A stretch of DNA of 64,000 nucleotides, taken from NCBI RefSeq assembly GCF_009914755.1, contig NC_060931.1; one strand, 5' to 3'. The notes beneath the pieces were generated by a model, which was not told where the DNA came from, made no database searches, and saw only the letters and a program-made list of their open reading frames with translations. Source of the stretch: the human T2T-CHM13v2.0 reference genome, Homo sapiens. Below, one piece after another: positions 12,535 through 25,896 of this stretch. Both the position numbers and the translations under genes were made by a program. Every line of letters starts with the position of its first letter. The first letter of the stretch is position 1.

Positions 12535-15500
12535 TTATAAAAAATGGTGGTGCCATAATTGGGGAACTCTAAATAAGCTTTGTGCATTAGATAGTAGTAA
12601 TAGATGTAAAAACCCTCATTCTAAGGTTTGTCATGGTTATATAAGAGCATATTCTTGTTTGTAGAAATTACAGAGTAAAATACTGGGGATGATGAAAAGT
12701 CAGCCAGCAGCTTACTTTTAAGTGATTCAGAAGGAATAAAATGTGCTTCATAGTATTCTTAAAATTTTTGCTGTAAGTTTAAAATTGTCTGAAAAAGAGA
12801 AAAATGAGAAAGTAATTAGGAAGATGAAGTAGTACTTTTGAAAACGTACTAATATTAAGGAGTAAATTTTAATTTGAAATTGAACCTAAATAGTAGTTCT
12901 AATTGTGGTCACAACTTGAAAGTAAATGACAGATTAATTTTAGAGAGTTTTAATTCTATATAAAATTTAAAAGTTGATCAGTATGAAACTTGAGAATTGT
13001 GATATTTGAGGCTAGTCAAGAATCAATGAAACTAATTTAGGCTTAGAAATATCTTTGAGAAGTTGTCATGCCAAAGCTTTTGAAAACATAATTTGTAATT
13101 AGATTGAATGTTTTGATTTGGATATAAAACTGACTTAGAAATAATAAGAGCAGAGCAAGTGAAAGAGCTCCCCAATCCTGCCCAAAACTATGTAGATAAA
13201 TAAATAAATACTGAGGCCTTTTGGGACCTGCTAGTATTGCAGCCAGTGTAAACACAGATGTGTAGTGATGTGGAAAAATGTGTTTAAAATTGAATCTCCA
13301 AGTTGACAACTCTTATAGATGATAAAAATCAAATTAATGGATCAACATTTACCAAAGTTCTTTTAAAACCATTTTGACCCCCCAAAATGACAAACAAGCA
13401 TAATCCAAATATGTGTAGAAAAATAATTCAATGTGTTTTCTTGAATAATAGTTTATTAAATATTAATTATATGATAGCAAGTATGTTGTAGAATGATTAA
13501 AATTAATTTTCTAAGTCATTGGTCCTATTTTTGAATAGATTCAAATAGATCAAGGTAATTTTGACAGAACGGGTCAACCATTTTGCTAGTCACTGAGAGA
13601 TGTCCCTGGAATGATGGTTTGCAGTTGTGGTGTACTAAATATTGAGGGGTGTACTAGACCTGGAGGGAAGTGAAGGAAATATTAAAACTTCCATTTGTCT
13701 TTGGAATGAGAACTAAACTTTTAGCTTTGTGCTAAGTGGTTTCTTCAGTAAAATATCAATATTTTATTTATGTTTTTCTTACATTAAGCATCCATTTTAG
13801 CTAACCTCACAAAATATACTGTCCCTAAAAACTCAGTCTTCATGTAAACACTTTGATACCAGCTGTTCTTCCATCTAAAATTATTTTCTTCCTCCTCATT
13901 GCCTTTTCTTCCTGAAGATGATCCTGTCTTCAGGATCTAGTTCTCTTTCTGCCTTTTCATGGAACATTGCTACAATACTTCATCCGTGTCCGTCTATCCC
14001 CTCTGAATATTTACAGCATATGTTCTTAGCATAATTTATTCAGAAAGTAATCATCATTGTCTTGTGACATATAAGGAAGTATTTTCTTACCGTTTAACTC
14101 TATCTATACTTCTGCAATACAATTTGAGGTTCTTGAAAGAGGAATCCTGTCTTATTCCTCTTTGGGATAAGGGGAATATTGGTAGACCCAATGTCTACCA
14201 TGACCCAAATACAGTGCTAAGAGCCGGGAACAGAAATCTAATTATTTCTCTCTTCCGACATGCTTTGTGTTTATATGAAGTTGTGGACAAGTTAATGAAA
14301 GATGCAAGGTAAAAATATGAATGCACATTAGCTAATTTGTCTATATTAGAAGCACAGTGAGTTATGAAATGGAAAAAGGGATGTTTGTGGCATGAGATCA
14401 GAGCTCTAACAATGCCTCTCCACAAGGAGACTTCCAGTGATGTTTTTCTGGCACTCAGCCCTTAGATATCATTGAATTAATTCACTAAAGCAATCTGTAT
14501 GCTGTCTATGCTCATTTTAATGTTAATTATTCTGTGTTCCAAAACAAATGTATTTTCTCAGCAGGAATTAAAATTTCAGGAATATAACATAAAAAACCCT
14601 GTATCGTTTGAATTTTTCATAGGTTTTTTTCTAATTAAAACATATATTGTTAAGTGCATGTTTGCTTTTCTAAAATAACACCTAGTAATTTGTAATACAT
14701 TGGTTTGTTCTATGAGTGTGGTTTATGATGGTCTACCTTTTATCCACTGGTGTAATATCTTACGTTTTATCAGTAACCATGGAAATGTTTAGTACATCAT
14801 CCAACAATAAATAAATAGGCTAACTTCCCAGAAATGAAAGTAAATAATTATTTATTTAATTCAAAGTAGAGAACATAGCATGGATTTAAAAATCTTATGT
14901 AAGATCCAATAATCCAAATATTTAATATTTTCTCTTTGGTTTAACATAATGTTCAAATCCGAAAGCCTGCTTTGCTCACCAACACCTCCCACCCAACAAA
15001 ACTGCCAACATGCCAAACCAAGTGGATTGATTTAACAGCAACATTAAGCTCCCCTGCCAGTGTTTGGTGGAAAGGCGGTTAATCCGGAGTGAAAGGCCTC
15101 AAATCTTGCCAACAGGAAACAAAAAAATAAAGAAGAGGCCATCTGTAATACATACTCATAGTTAGTCAGTCCCTGGAGATTCTTCAGCTCTTTGTCTGCA
15201 GCATTAAGAAACACATGCTAATATGTTATTCTCTTTTGTTGACTGCTCTAATTGAGATGCCTGACAAATTAATACAGAATATTAAGATTATTAATGCCAA
15301 ATGGAAAAAGAAGCCTTACTACAAAATGTCATATAAAAGTTATTTGTAAACGCTAAGGAATTAATTTCTTAAATTATTTCAGCAAATGTTAACTTTAATT
15401 GTGCTCAATGAATGTTTATGGATGCTTTTGACACAGTGGTTTTTTTTTTTTTCTTTTTTCCCTCAGAGTATATTTTTAGGCAGTTTAGGAAACAAAAGAT

Positions 15501-15559
15501 AAATGAATGATTAGTTGTTTAGTTTGTCTGATTCAAGGCATAGATTGGATTTAAAAGAG

Positions 15560-15700
15560 CAGGAAGCATGAGCTCTTGAAGTGGCTCTGGGCACACTGCC
15601 CCAATTTCTGGATCTCATTGGTAAAATGGACAGAGTAGGGTTACTGGGGGAACTGTGATAATATAAAGTTCTTAGCACCTGTCTGACATTTCTTATTTTT
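15560..15700 (+). mobile_element. MIR fragment
   Basis: ctcattggtaaaatgga...taaagttcttagcac core-like text. Confidence 0.5.
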
Positions 15701-17957
15701 AGTTATATTGTATTGTTTTGTCTTCAAATGCAGCAGATAATCATTTTTTATTCTATAGCTAACATGCTGGCATCATCCAAAAAAGTGACTTCTATTTTTT
15801 TTAATTACCATTTTGAAAACACCATGCCCTATAACATCTAAAGACGCATTTACTTTAGTGAGTGGGAATAATGATAATATAATCCCATGGCTTATTCATA
15901 AAAGAGAACCTTGGAGATGCTGTGGTAATGAGCAGGTGGTAACAATTCTTGATTATTTATACATTTTTGAGGATATAATGGGATTGAGTCATTGAACTGC
16001 TGTTGTATCAATATGTAAATTTCACACATCAGTTTTTTTTAAAGCTGTTTTCTTTTGAATTTAAGAAGGGTAAAAACACACCAGAAATATTTTAAAAGAG
16101 AGGCCTCAGATATCTCTTAAACTATCATGTTCTGTTCACATTCGTCACCATCAAACTTATATTCTATCTCTAATATATCCTACACATTGGCACATGGCTC
16201 CCAGGAAGTAGTGTCTACAGTAAGAACCGAGAAGGTAATATACTTGCTCTCAATTTCTTCCTTCTTAGGAATGACAGGCAAAATAACTGTCACTTCTGTC
16301 AAGTAGCAATAGATACTATTATGAAGTATATCGTGTGGCAAAATCTCTGCTTTAACTGAGTACTTTAAAAGTACTTACCTAATTTTCATTGCTTGAGTAC
16401 TGTGCTCACCCCTTTGGGAACACCAGAAATTTGATAATTTTCTATCTGAGTTCTAGGAGATTGAAAGCTGTGCGACTTTTCAAAAACTTTCTGACACATG
16501 AGTGCTAATTTGAGCAGAATTTAGCTAGCTCTCACAAGTGATGAAAGCGCGGAAGAACCAGTGAGCACTGTCAGTCTTTTAATCTAGTATCTGATTGCTT
16601 GTCTAACTGTCATTGGTGAAAAGCAAATATCTTTGTTCTTCTTCTGAGTTCAAGCCGGATGTGCTCCTGTATTTAGCATGACAGGAAATCTCAAACGGCA
16701 AAGAATTACATGGATTTAAGGAATCTGATATTCCTGTATTCAAATCTCCCCTCTTGTTCATGATAGAGTCTTCTGTAGAAAATCTATAAAATAGCAAGAA
16801 TTAAAAACATACTATAAAGTATATGTTTGGCTTATCAGAAATCCATACAAACTACTTTTTCTCAGGGCCTCTTAATAAGAACTGGTTCCATTTGATGAGT
16901 GAGTTGCAAACTCTTGAAGGCATATTGACAGATGGTTTCATCTGAACAAACTGATTTTCTTGATTTGCCAAAGTGCCTAAAAATTAGTTTTCAAATTTTT
17001 GAATTATATTTAAGGCATTTTGCTTCTGAGAGGTGACTTTTGACAGACCCATATTGCTTCTTATAAGAAACTTAGGTGAATAAGGCACAAAATAGTTTCT
17101 AGAATTACTTAATTGTTTTTCAAGGAAAAATGGGGCTCAAAGTGAATGGGCCACAGGGAAGTTACAGCTGGATCCTGTAGAGATCACTGAGAAAGGTCTA
17201 CTCCCTAGGTCACTGTGCACAGAAAGACAGGCCTACTGTGATTCCACAGAGAAAAATGTGTCCGGCCAATGGACACTCTGAGCACATAAACTACTGAAGG
17301 AAGAGAGATTGATGATTTGGGATGCTTGAGAAAAATTTTCCTGCATTTATTCTTAATAATATGTTAGTAATTTAAGCTAGTAAAAAAAAAAAAAGAAATC
17401 AATGTAAAGGATTTCCTGACTTCTCTTTTCTACTGCAAATAAAGTAGGTTGATACATTTAAAAAGGGCTATTCTCCTTCTCCTTCAGGTCCTTTATTTCT
17501 GCTTCTTCTTCTGTCATATTTTATTTTTTTTCTCACGTCTTTTCCCACCATCCTCCCAGTTGTCTTCCTTCCCAACATCGCCATTTATTTCATATTATAT
17601 TCTTCAGCATTACACACACGTTATTTAACTGGAAAGTATAATAACTACAGCCATTTCTTAAAATACAACATTAATGGGATGTAATTTGTTATAACATGCC
17701 ATTTGAAAATACTGCATTTTTTTACTTTAGTAGGATTTCTCTACTAGCAATTGTAATTATTGTATTGTGATGTTTCCTATGTATGCTATAATATATGCTA
17801 TAACTGCCTACCTTACCTACAGATGAAAACTCTACAAAATGGTTTCTAAAAGTATCTCAAGTAAAATTTGATTTTGTTTCAAATTACCTTTAAATTTTTA
17901 ACATTCTTAACTTCTTTTTTAAAAATTACAATTTTTCATAATGCCAAAGATAGGAAA

Positions 17958-18016
17958 TAGTGAGTAAAGGACAGTAAACTGATTTATTTAGCGAGTAAAG
18001 AACAGTAAACTTATTT
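17958..18016. repeat. 31-bp imperfect tandem duplication
   Basis: tagtgagtaaaggacagtaaact / tagcgagtaaagaacagtaaact. Confidence 0.85.
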
Positions 18017-18065
18017 TTACTAAACAACTCTTTTTACAATACACTCTCAAGTCTAAATTTCAAAA

Positions 18066-18430
18066 TGTTAAAAAAATGATTCTTGTACAAATATAAAGTG
18101 AGCATATATCAAAGATTTATTTAACTTATTCATGAGGAAACTAGCAGAATACTACAGCTGGTTTAAAAAATAAAAGATATGAGAGAATATGATCAATGAA
18201 TGAAAGATTGTTGAGATAAGGTTACTTCAATTAGATACAAAATTGGCTAATAATGTCCTATAGGCAATAAATCTGTAACTGAGCCATCATTTCTGTTGGC
18301 TGGAACCACTAACATCTCTATCAGAAAAAAAATCTTTTGTAATTTATTAGTCTTCTGTAAGCTGACATTTATCTGCGGAGAACCTCAGTTCTATTCAATG
18401 ATAAAAGAAAAATATGCATTTCTCTAGAAA
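18066..18430 (-). mobile_element. Probable ERV1 LTR fragment (LTR37-like)
   Basis: tgttaaaaaaatga...aaagtgagcatatatcaaagatttatttaact; right boundary uncertain. Confidence 0.45.
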
Positions 18431-20330
18431 ATCAGTGTTTTGTAAACAAGTTTGTTAGATAATTCTTCAGTATGATAAGGCACTTAGTAATCTTTTTACC
18501 ATAATTTCAGTTTTGGATAATTTATCTTACTAAACTCTGTGTATATTCCACATAAAATCCAATAAAAGTACCAATTATACTGGTTAGGTACAGAATTTTT
18601 CAGTCTGATAGAGAGCTGCAAGACAAGCCCAATTTCTTTCTTGAAAACTGAAACATAGTGAAGAAGAATATTTACCTAACTCCTTGTCCTATAATACCCA
18701 CTCTATGACTCTGTCATGGCATGTGCCCTAAATAAACACTGTCCATGTCTGTTATTTGATTTGCGTGAGAGAAATGTATCAGATTTTAACCCATATTGCA
18801 TAAATTACTAGGGTCTTAACTGGATGACTGGTTTGGATGGGGAAAGGGATAAGAGAGGAAGAAAGAATGAATAGGTGAAAATCTTCTCACTCTAATGCTT
18901 TATTCAGATAAAGTTATTTAGTTTTGATAGACAAACTGAAATTGTATTCACATTTTTTAAAAGAGAGTTTTATTCAAAAACTGTTTTTGGAAACCCTTAA
19001 ACTTCTAAATTAAAAGTCATATGCAATTGCAACAATTTGAAAAACTGGCTGCATGAGCCAGTTAAACAAATAGTAAAGTATTTGGATAACCAGGCACTAA
19101 GGAGATTAAATAAAGAGCCGCTATGTTCTAAATGTTGATAAGCCAAAGACAGGATAGTGTGTATGAACCTGCTAGTTCCCTTGACCAACAGGCATCTCCT
19201 TCTAAAAAGGAGTTTGAGACCTTATCTTGAGAATAACAATTAAGGGCAGAATCAGAACTAATACCTCAGTGACAATTTGTACAATTACCAGTGAAGATTA
19301 GCTGCCCAAGATGATCTAGATCTCCATACTACAAATCTCTTTTCAGTGAGTAATATCAAAATTATCTCTGTGTAAGAATGCGTGATAAGAATCAGGACCC
19401 AAAGAGTTAAAAAATATAGTTTATGGAAATCATTATTTGTTGTTTTAGTAATCCCTACATTTTCTAAGTAGTACTGAGAGTTTGTTGTCCAATTGGAAAT
19501 TCACATTTAAAACTCTTAATCTCAAAAAATATATCACTAAGGAAGTAATTATCTTCTCTCAAGTGCAGCCAGTTTAGCTGAGTGTCAAACAGCATTTCTA
19601 CATATTATTTTTCTCTGGTGTGGTGCTGTCTCCTTGGGCTTGTCTTATAAGTTGTTTCACGCTTTAACACTCAATAAATGCATGATAGTTGACCGAATGT
19701 TAACTTATGATATACGACATTTTTCTCTAGATGTCTCCCAAGTTGGGAGTACTACCAAAATAATTCCCCAAAAAAGCAAAAATAAACAAACACAAAGTAA
19801 ATTCAAACAAAAAAAGGCCCTGCATCAGTATCCATATAACCTTCCTAGAAGGGCTTCCTTTATAGGTTAAATTTTAATTGTGTTTGGTGTTGTGGGTAGA
19901 GCTGTCAGTATTGGAATATTCATCAGGATCTTGATATTAAGGACTTATTATTTATTACTTTATTTTATGCTCAATGACCCTTCTGCCTATTGCATGTAAG
20001 GCAGAAATCTAGGTAGAAGGAATGCAGGTGAATAAAGATGGTTAGTCCCTAGTCAACATGGTTCAAACATAATATGAGAATAAAACAAGTGTGTGAATCT
20101 TTACAGTACAAAGCAGAAAGTACTTTGTGTAATAATGATGTTTCAGAGCAGGAAGAACTCACAACTAATTAGTTCTAATCAAAATTGGGGTATAAAAGAG
20201 ATAGTTGCTGATAGAGGTCATCAATGATACATAGAATTTAGCTAGAAAAAAAATAAGTGGACAGAAATGTCCTGGCTATAGCAGGTAGCGTGAGAAAATG
20301 AAGAATATAAAACAGGATTAAGACAATGGA

Positions 20331-20440
20331 GTAGTATAGATATAGTATGGTATGGTATGGTATGGTATAGTACAGTACAGAATAGATATAGTATAGTATA
20401 GTACAGTATATTAGTATAGTATAGCTATAGTGTAGTATAG
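20331..20440. repeat. Compound (TATAG)n/(TATGG)n pentanucleotide microsatellite
   Basis: Direct reading. Confidence 0.9.
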
Positions 20441-21441
20441 ATGAAATACATAATGTTTGTAGGTGATTGTAGTTGATTGGGAAAAATAGATTTTGCACAT
20501 ATCATAGATGATCCCAAATCCTAGGATGAGCTATTACACTTGATGCAATCATCACCAACATACCAGTGAAGGCTTCTATTTATATAAGCTGTTTAAAAAT
20601 ATTTAATAGAATCTATTTTTGAATATCTTTCTGTTGTTCTATAGACTTTATTGAACTAGTGTGGAACTGGATTTTGAATGCCTAATTAGGATGAATTTCA
20701 TAACACAATAGAAAGGCTACAGGGTTAAAGGGTCTAGTCTGGAATGATAGATGCGCACAAATTATGTCTTGACCTTGATTGTTAGTTGTCTTATTGAAAC
20801 ACTGTACAGCTCACAAAACCACTGGGCCCCATATCTCCTTGTTATATGGAGTTCTCCTTTATTTGAGTTGATCCACTTAATGCTGTCATCTGGAGGAAAA
20901 TACCAGACTGCCACACTGTGCTGCATTCTTAGTGCATTTGTTGTTATTCATATACACTCCGTAAGGCCCAGTTTGATAGGAAATTTAGACCAATGAAATA
21001 ACACAGCTCACCTCCTGACTCCTATAATGACCCAGGAATATTGTGTCATCAACAACAGGTTTTCTAAATAATATTGCCTTTAAAAATACTTTTTAAAATA
21101 TATCAGGGGCTTGGAAGTTTGAACATAGTTTCAGAAGTCAATTGAATATTTCCTTCATCCCAGCATAAATCCAGGAAAACAGAGAAAGGCATGGAGTGGG
21201 ATACACATAGTCAGAGAACACTAAGGTTGGGCAACAAAGAAAGAATGTAGTTTCATGTTCTTAGAAATATTATTATTAAGATGCATTTCTTGTTACCATT
21301 TTTCAGTATTTTGTGATTAAAATAAATGAGGCAACCCAGTACCCGAGGTTTTGGATGCATGCTTTTGATAAAAATCCTGAAACGAGTACATGATTACATA
21401 AGGAATCACGCAAGTTCAATGAGCATCCAAAAGTCCCAGAA

Positions 21442-21658
21442 CGAGCTTGTCCAGCCCAGGGTACGCAGGCTGCATGCAGCCCAGGATGGTTTAGAATGTG
21501 GCCCAACACCAATTTGTAAACTTTATTAAAACCTTATGATTTTTTTTGGCAATTCTTTTTTAGCTCATCAGCTATCATTAGTGTGTGTATTTTATGTATG
21601 GCCCAAGACAATTCTTCTTTCAATGGGCCCAGGGAAGCCAAAAGATTGGATGCCTCTA
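21442..21658 (-). mobile_element. MER30 (hAT-Charlie non-autonomous DNA transposon)
   Basis: gcttgtcc...ggcccaagacaattcttctt...cagggaagccaaaagattgga; 8-bp TSD-like tcccagaa/ttctagaa. Confidence 0.9.
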
Positions 21659-22829
21659 TTCTAGAAGCTGATTCACTCTCAGCATCCCACATACTCCCTT
21701 GTTTTTTATTACATATTCTATAGACATCATTATTTCATAGGTCCAATTAAAATGCTCAGGGCTTTTGTTTTGTTTTTTAGCCAGTTCTTTGTATGATATA
21801 TTTCTCAGACTACCACTATCCTGATCAGTGTAAAAGATAAGACTATTATTCCCCTTAGCATGAATATTTTGTTTCTAATAATTTGCTCTAAGGTCAAAAT
21901 AGTGTTGTCATGTGTCTCACTTCACTCACTTTTCTCACAGTTATAAAACAACCTCAAGGTTTCTCCAAATCAAGCTGTTCTTACAACAATTTTCTTCCTC
22001 CTCCTACTGGTTTAATTCACTTTGGAACTTCAAGATATTTACACAAATATTCAACAAACTTAATCTTATTATGTTTTACCTCCTTGTGGTTTTTGTTATT
22101 TCCAAATGTTGCCTCAGTCATGTAACACCTTGTTTTTCTCCTAAGCTTTTAACCCCTTGAACATTTGATAACAATTTCTTATTTGCATTCATCAAACATA
22201 AATCAATTTTTGACCCATAGAGGGTTAAAGATAGAACACTCCAATCATGAAGGACACTCATGTACTTGACATTTATGTATTTATAAATATATTTTAGGTA
22301 TGGCTATGCAACCCTATTTTCTCTTATTTTTTATTTTTTGTCATGAAAATATTTTTCAAGTTTTTCTTATTTTTATATATATGAAATATTCTATACTCTT
22401 TTGGCCACTTTAGCTGTCCTGTAGACCCTATCTAGACCTTCCGGAGTTTTGCTATTTCTTTGTTGCAGATTGTTGACCAGAATTACAAACAGTATCTCAT
22501 AGAAACACTGATTTCTACAAAGTGAGATAAAGCTTCCCATTTTATTTCTTTGGTCTGATTTCATTGTAAGAGTTCAGTGAGTCATTGCCTGCCAGGAGTC
22601 ATCTACAGTGAGTCCTAGATCAGTCCACAGCTGTGACGAGTTCACTATTCCAGAAATACAAGTTTGAAGAACTTCCTACCCAACCCTCCCTTAGAAAATT
22701 ACCCAAAATTGATCATGTAAAGCCCACTTTCTGCTTCTCCATATTCATTTTTATGGCAAAGTTTCCCCACTGGCCTGGATTTTCACTATGCAGAAGTGTT
22801 CAGGGTTATCTACAAACATAATACCTAAA

Positions 22830-22955
22830 TTGTATATATTTATAACACATATATATGTACTCTATATACACATATATTGTACTATATATGTGTTTATGTA
22901 CTATACATATACGCACACATGTATATGTACTATATATACACATACACAAACACAT
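22830..22955. repeat. (TA)/(CA) low-complexity tract
   Basis: Direct reading. Confidence 0.8.
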
Positions 22956-23541
22956 GGTTTTTTTTTTTTTATTACTAACCTAAATATAAAATAAGATCTC
23001 TGGAGAAAATTTTGTTAATGTGTTTCCATCATGAAAACACACAATAAACTTGTTTATTGTTCTATCTATAACAAAATATTTAAACTACTTTTATCCCAAT
23101 TCGAATATCATTCTTGTGGAATTTGCCAAAGTATTTTTTTCCTTCAAATTGGAAAACAAACATGGGACTCTTCTTGGGAGATATTTATATTCTTAATCAA
23201 AGAACTTCATTATATTCATCAAACACCACAGCGCTGGTCACTTACATCTGTCTAATGAATTATATTTGGTGTTCATTGACTCTATTCTTTTTAATAGAGG
23301 TCATGGTTTGTTATCTATGGAACCGAGAATCATTAATCATGACTTGGAATTAATTTGAAGAGATGATTTTTAAAAACTTGTCATAGGCCTGCCTTTTGCA
23401 GTACAGGGTTCAGGGTTCCTTGCTTCATGATAAACATTTGCATAAAAGATTGAAGCTTTTAGAACCTTATCGTGTTGTTCAAATTTAGGGATATTAAAAG
23501 AGGAAGAAGCCTGAGATGAACACGGGCACGGCAACTGATAG

Positions 23542-23749
23542 CTTCATCCACTGAAGAGGGATTTTCCAGTTGCATGCTTGTTTCTCTCCCTACATGTGCT
23601 AACATTTGTTTAGAAATTTTATATTATGTTGAGACTAAAAAAAATCAACTCTGAGGTATAAATTTTGATAGTGCAAGGACCCATTTATCATGCTTGACAT
23701 ATAATCTTTTAAATTAAATTTTTATTGTGCAATGATTACAGTTTCACCT
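23542..23749 (+). repeat. Left arm (donor) of the ~207-bp inverted duplication
   Basis: Reverse complement of 24926-25132; 9 substitutions and 1 indel by manual alignment. Confidence 0.95.
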
Positions 23750-23968
23750 TTCTTTGTAAGAAGACTTTAGAGAGATGCCGTGTATCCTTTTTATCCAGTC
23801 TCCTCCAATGGCATCTTGTAACACTAGAGTCACCACCAGTATATTCACTTTGATGCTTTAAGAATACAAAATACTTCCATCACCACAAGGACCTCTCCTG
23901 TTGTCATTTTGTAGCCTCACATACTTCCACTTGTATTCCTCCTCAACCCCTAGCAACCACTAATTTCT
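23707..23968 (-). mobile_element. L1MC/MD-type 3' end fragment
   Basis: ttttattgtg...ccatcaccacaagga...cccctagcaaccactaat. Confidence 0.7.
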
Positions 23969-24925
23969 TGGCATCATGAACCAGAGAATTTATTCATCAC
24001 TAAATCTGTTCTGCCAGGATCTGCCACTCTTCAGCCAAAACTCCTAGTTACTCCTGATGACTTCTAGGCATCTGCCCTCCTTGGGCATCAAGTTTACTGC
24101 CAGTTGCCTTCTGAGTCACCTGCAGTCACCACTGGAGATGTAATTGAGTCCTCATGTGCCAAACTTATTTGGTTTTCACCTTAAAATTATTTTTTAAAAG
24201 ACTATTATTCCCACATTTTCCCTCTACACTTGGTTTACTAATTTGCATGTGTAGTTTATAGGGCCAAGCTGGCAATAAGTTACTGTTATACTCCTCTCTT
24301 TATTTCCCGAATCTCCTATTCATGTTCCAGTTTAAACTCAGCTGGGAACACCTTGTCTCATTCAGAACTTAATCACAGTCTTTAGATATAGTCTTTTTTG
24401 TTTTCTTTATATGCTTATTATTAACATGTAGTATCCAGTATCTAATCCAGTAACAGTCACAAATTGGCCCATCAGTGGCAAGAAATTTAAAAAATGGACA
24501 CTATAGTGAGGACTAAATTCAAAAATGACAGCCAAACTGGATTTTCTCAAGCACATTCTGCTAATTTGTATTACGTTTAAAGAGAAAAAATTACTTTTGG
24601 GTAATTGAACATCTATATCGCAATTGCAATGGTGGTTACACGAATCTATGCAACTGGTAAAACCTGTTTATAACAAAAAAAAAGTACATAAAAACTAGTT
24701 AAATCAGAATAAAATCTGTAGTTTAGTTAATTTTATTGTGACAATGCCAATTTTCTGGCTTTCATGATTGTACCGTATCGTGTAGAATGTTATTATTGGA
24801 GGAAACGGGGGAAGGTTACATAGGAACTCAACTGTATTAGTCCATTCTTACATTGTTGTAAAGAAATATTGAGACTGGGTAAATTATAAAGAAAAGAGGC
24901 TTAATTGGCTCATAGTTCCACAGGC

Positions 24926-25132
24926 AGGTGAAACTGTAATCATTGCACAATAAAAATTTAATTTAAAAGATTATATGTCAAGCATGATGAATGGGTCCTT
25001 GCACTATCAAAATTTATACCTCAGAGTTGATTTTTTTGGTCTCAAAATGATATAAAATTTCTAAACTAATGTTAACACATGTAGGGAGAGAAACAAGCAT
25101 GCAATTGGAAACTCCCTCCTCAGTGGATGAAG
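24926..25132 (-). repeat. Right arm (inserted copy) of the inverted duplication
   Basis: Non-LTR sequence interrupting MST between caggc and aggaatcatgg. Confidence 0.95.
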
Positions 25133-25350
25133 AGGAATCATGGTGCTAGCATCTGCTCAGTTTCTGGAGAGGCTTCGGGAAACTGTCAATCATGGCGGAA
25201 GGTGAAGGGGAAGCAGGTGCTTCTGATGATTGGACTAACAGGAAGAGAGTAAGGGGGAGGTGCCCCACACTTTAAACAATCACATCACGTGAGAACTCAC
25301 TATCGCGACCAAGGAGGATCTTGCTAAACCATTAGAAAGCACCCATATGT

Positions 25351-25631
25351 GGCTGGGCGCCGTGGCTCAAGCCTGTAATTCTAGCACTTTGGGAGGCTGA
25401 GGCAAGTGGATCACTTGAGGTCAGGAGTTCAGGGCCAGCCTGACTTACATGGTGAAACCCCATCTCTACTAAAAATACCAAAAAATTAGCCGGGTGTGGT
25501 GGCACGCCCCTGTAATCTCAGCTACTCCAGAGGCTGAGACAAGAGAATCGCTTGAACCCGGGAAGCGGATGTTTCAGTAAGCCGGAATCATGCCACTGCA
25601 CTCCAGCCCTGGAAACAGAGTCAGACTCTGT
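25351..25631 (+). mobile_element. AluS inserted in the MST LTR
   Basis: Full dimer; tail replaced by a G-rich purine tract. Confidence 0.95.
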
Positions 25632-25896
25632 AAGAAAAGAAAGGAAAGGATAGGAGAGGGGAGGGGTGGGGGGCAGGGAGAAGAAAGGGGGGAGGGGAGG
25701 GGAGGGGAAGGGAGGGGGATAGGAGAGGGGAGGGGAGGAAGGGGAGGGGGAAGAAGGGGGAGGGGAAGGGGGAGGGGAGGGGGAGGGGAGGGGAGGGGAG
25801 GAGGGGGAGGGGAGGAGGGGGAGGGGGAGGGGACGGGAGGGGAGGGGAGGGGGACGGGGAGAAGAAAGTGGGGAGGGGAGGGCAAGGGCAAAGAAA
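25632..25896 (+). repeat. (GGGGA)n-type polypurine tract
   Basis: About 260 nt of nearly pure purines with many G4-G6 runs. Confidence 0.95.

Larger units (their letters stand above)
10200..12800 (+). mobile_element. L1MC4-like 3' region, interrupted by two Alus and a MER39-like LTR
   Basis: Diagnostic gatcttggtt...gtgccagaaagtaaggaa, ggattctgaactggatcct and terminal ctgtaagtttaaaatt. Confidence 0.7.
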
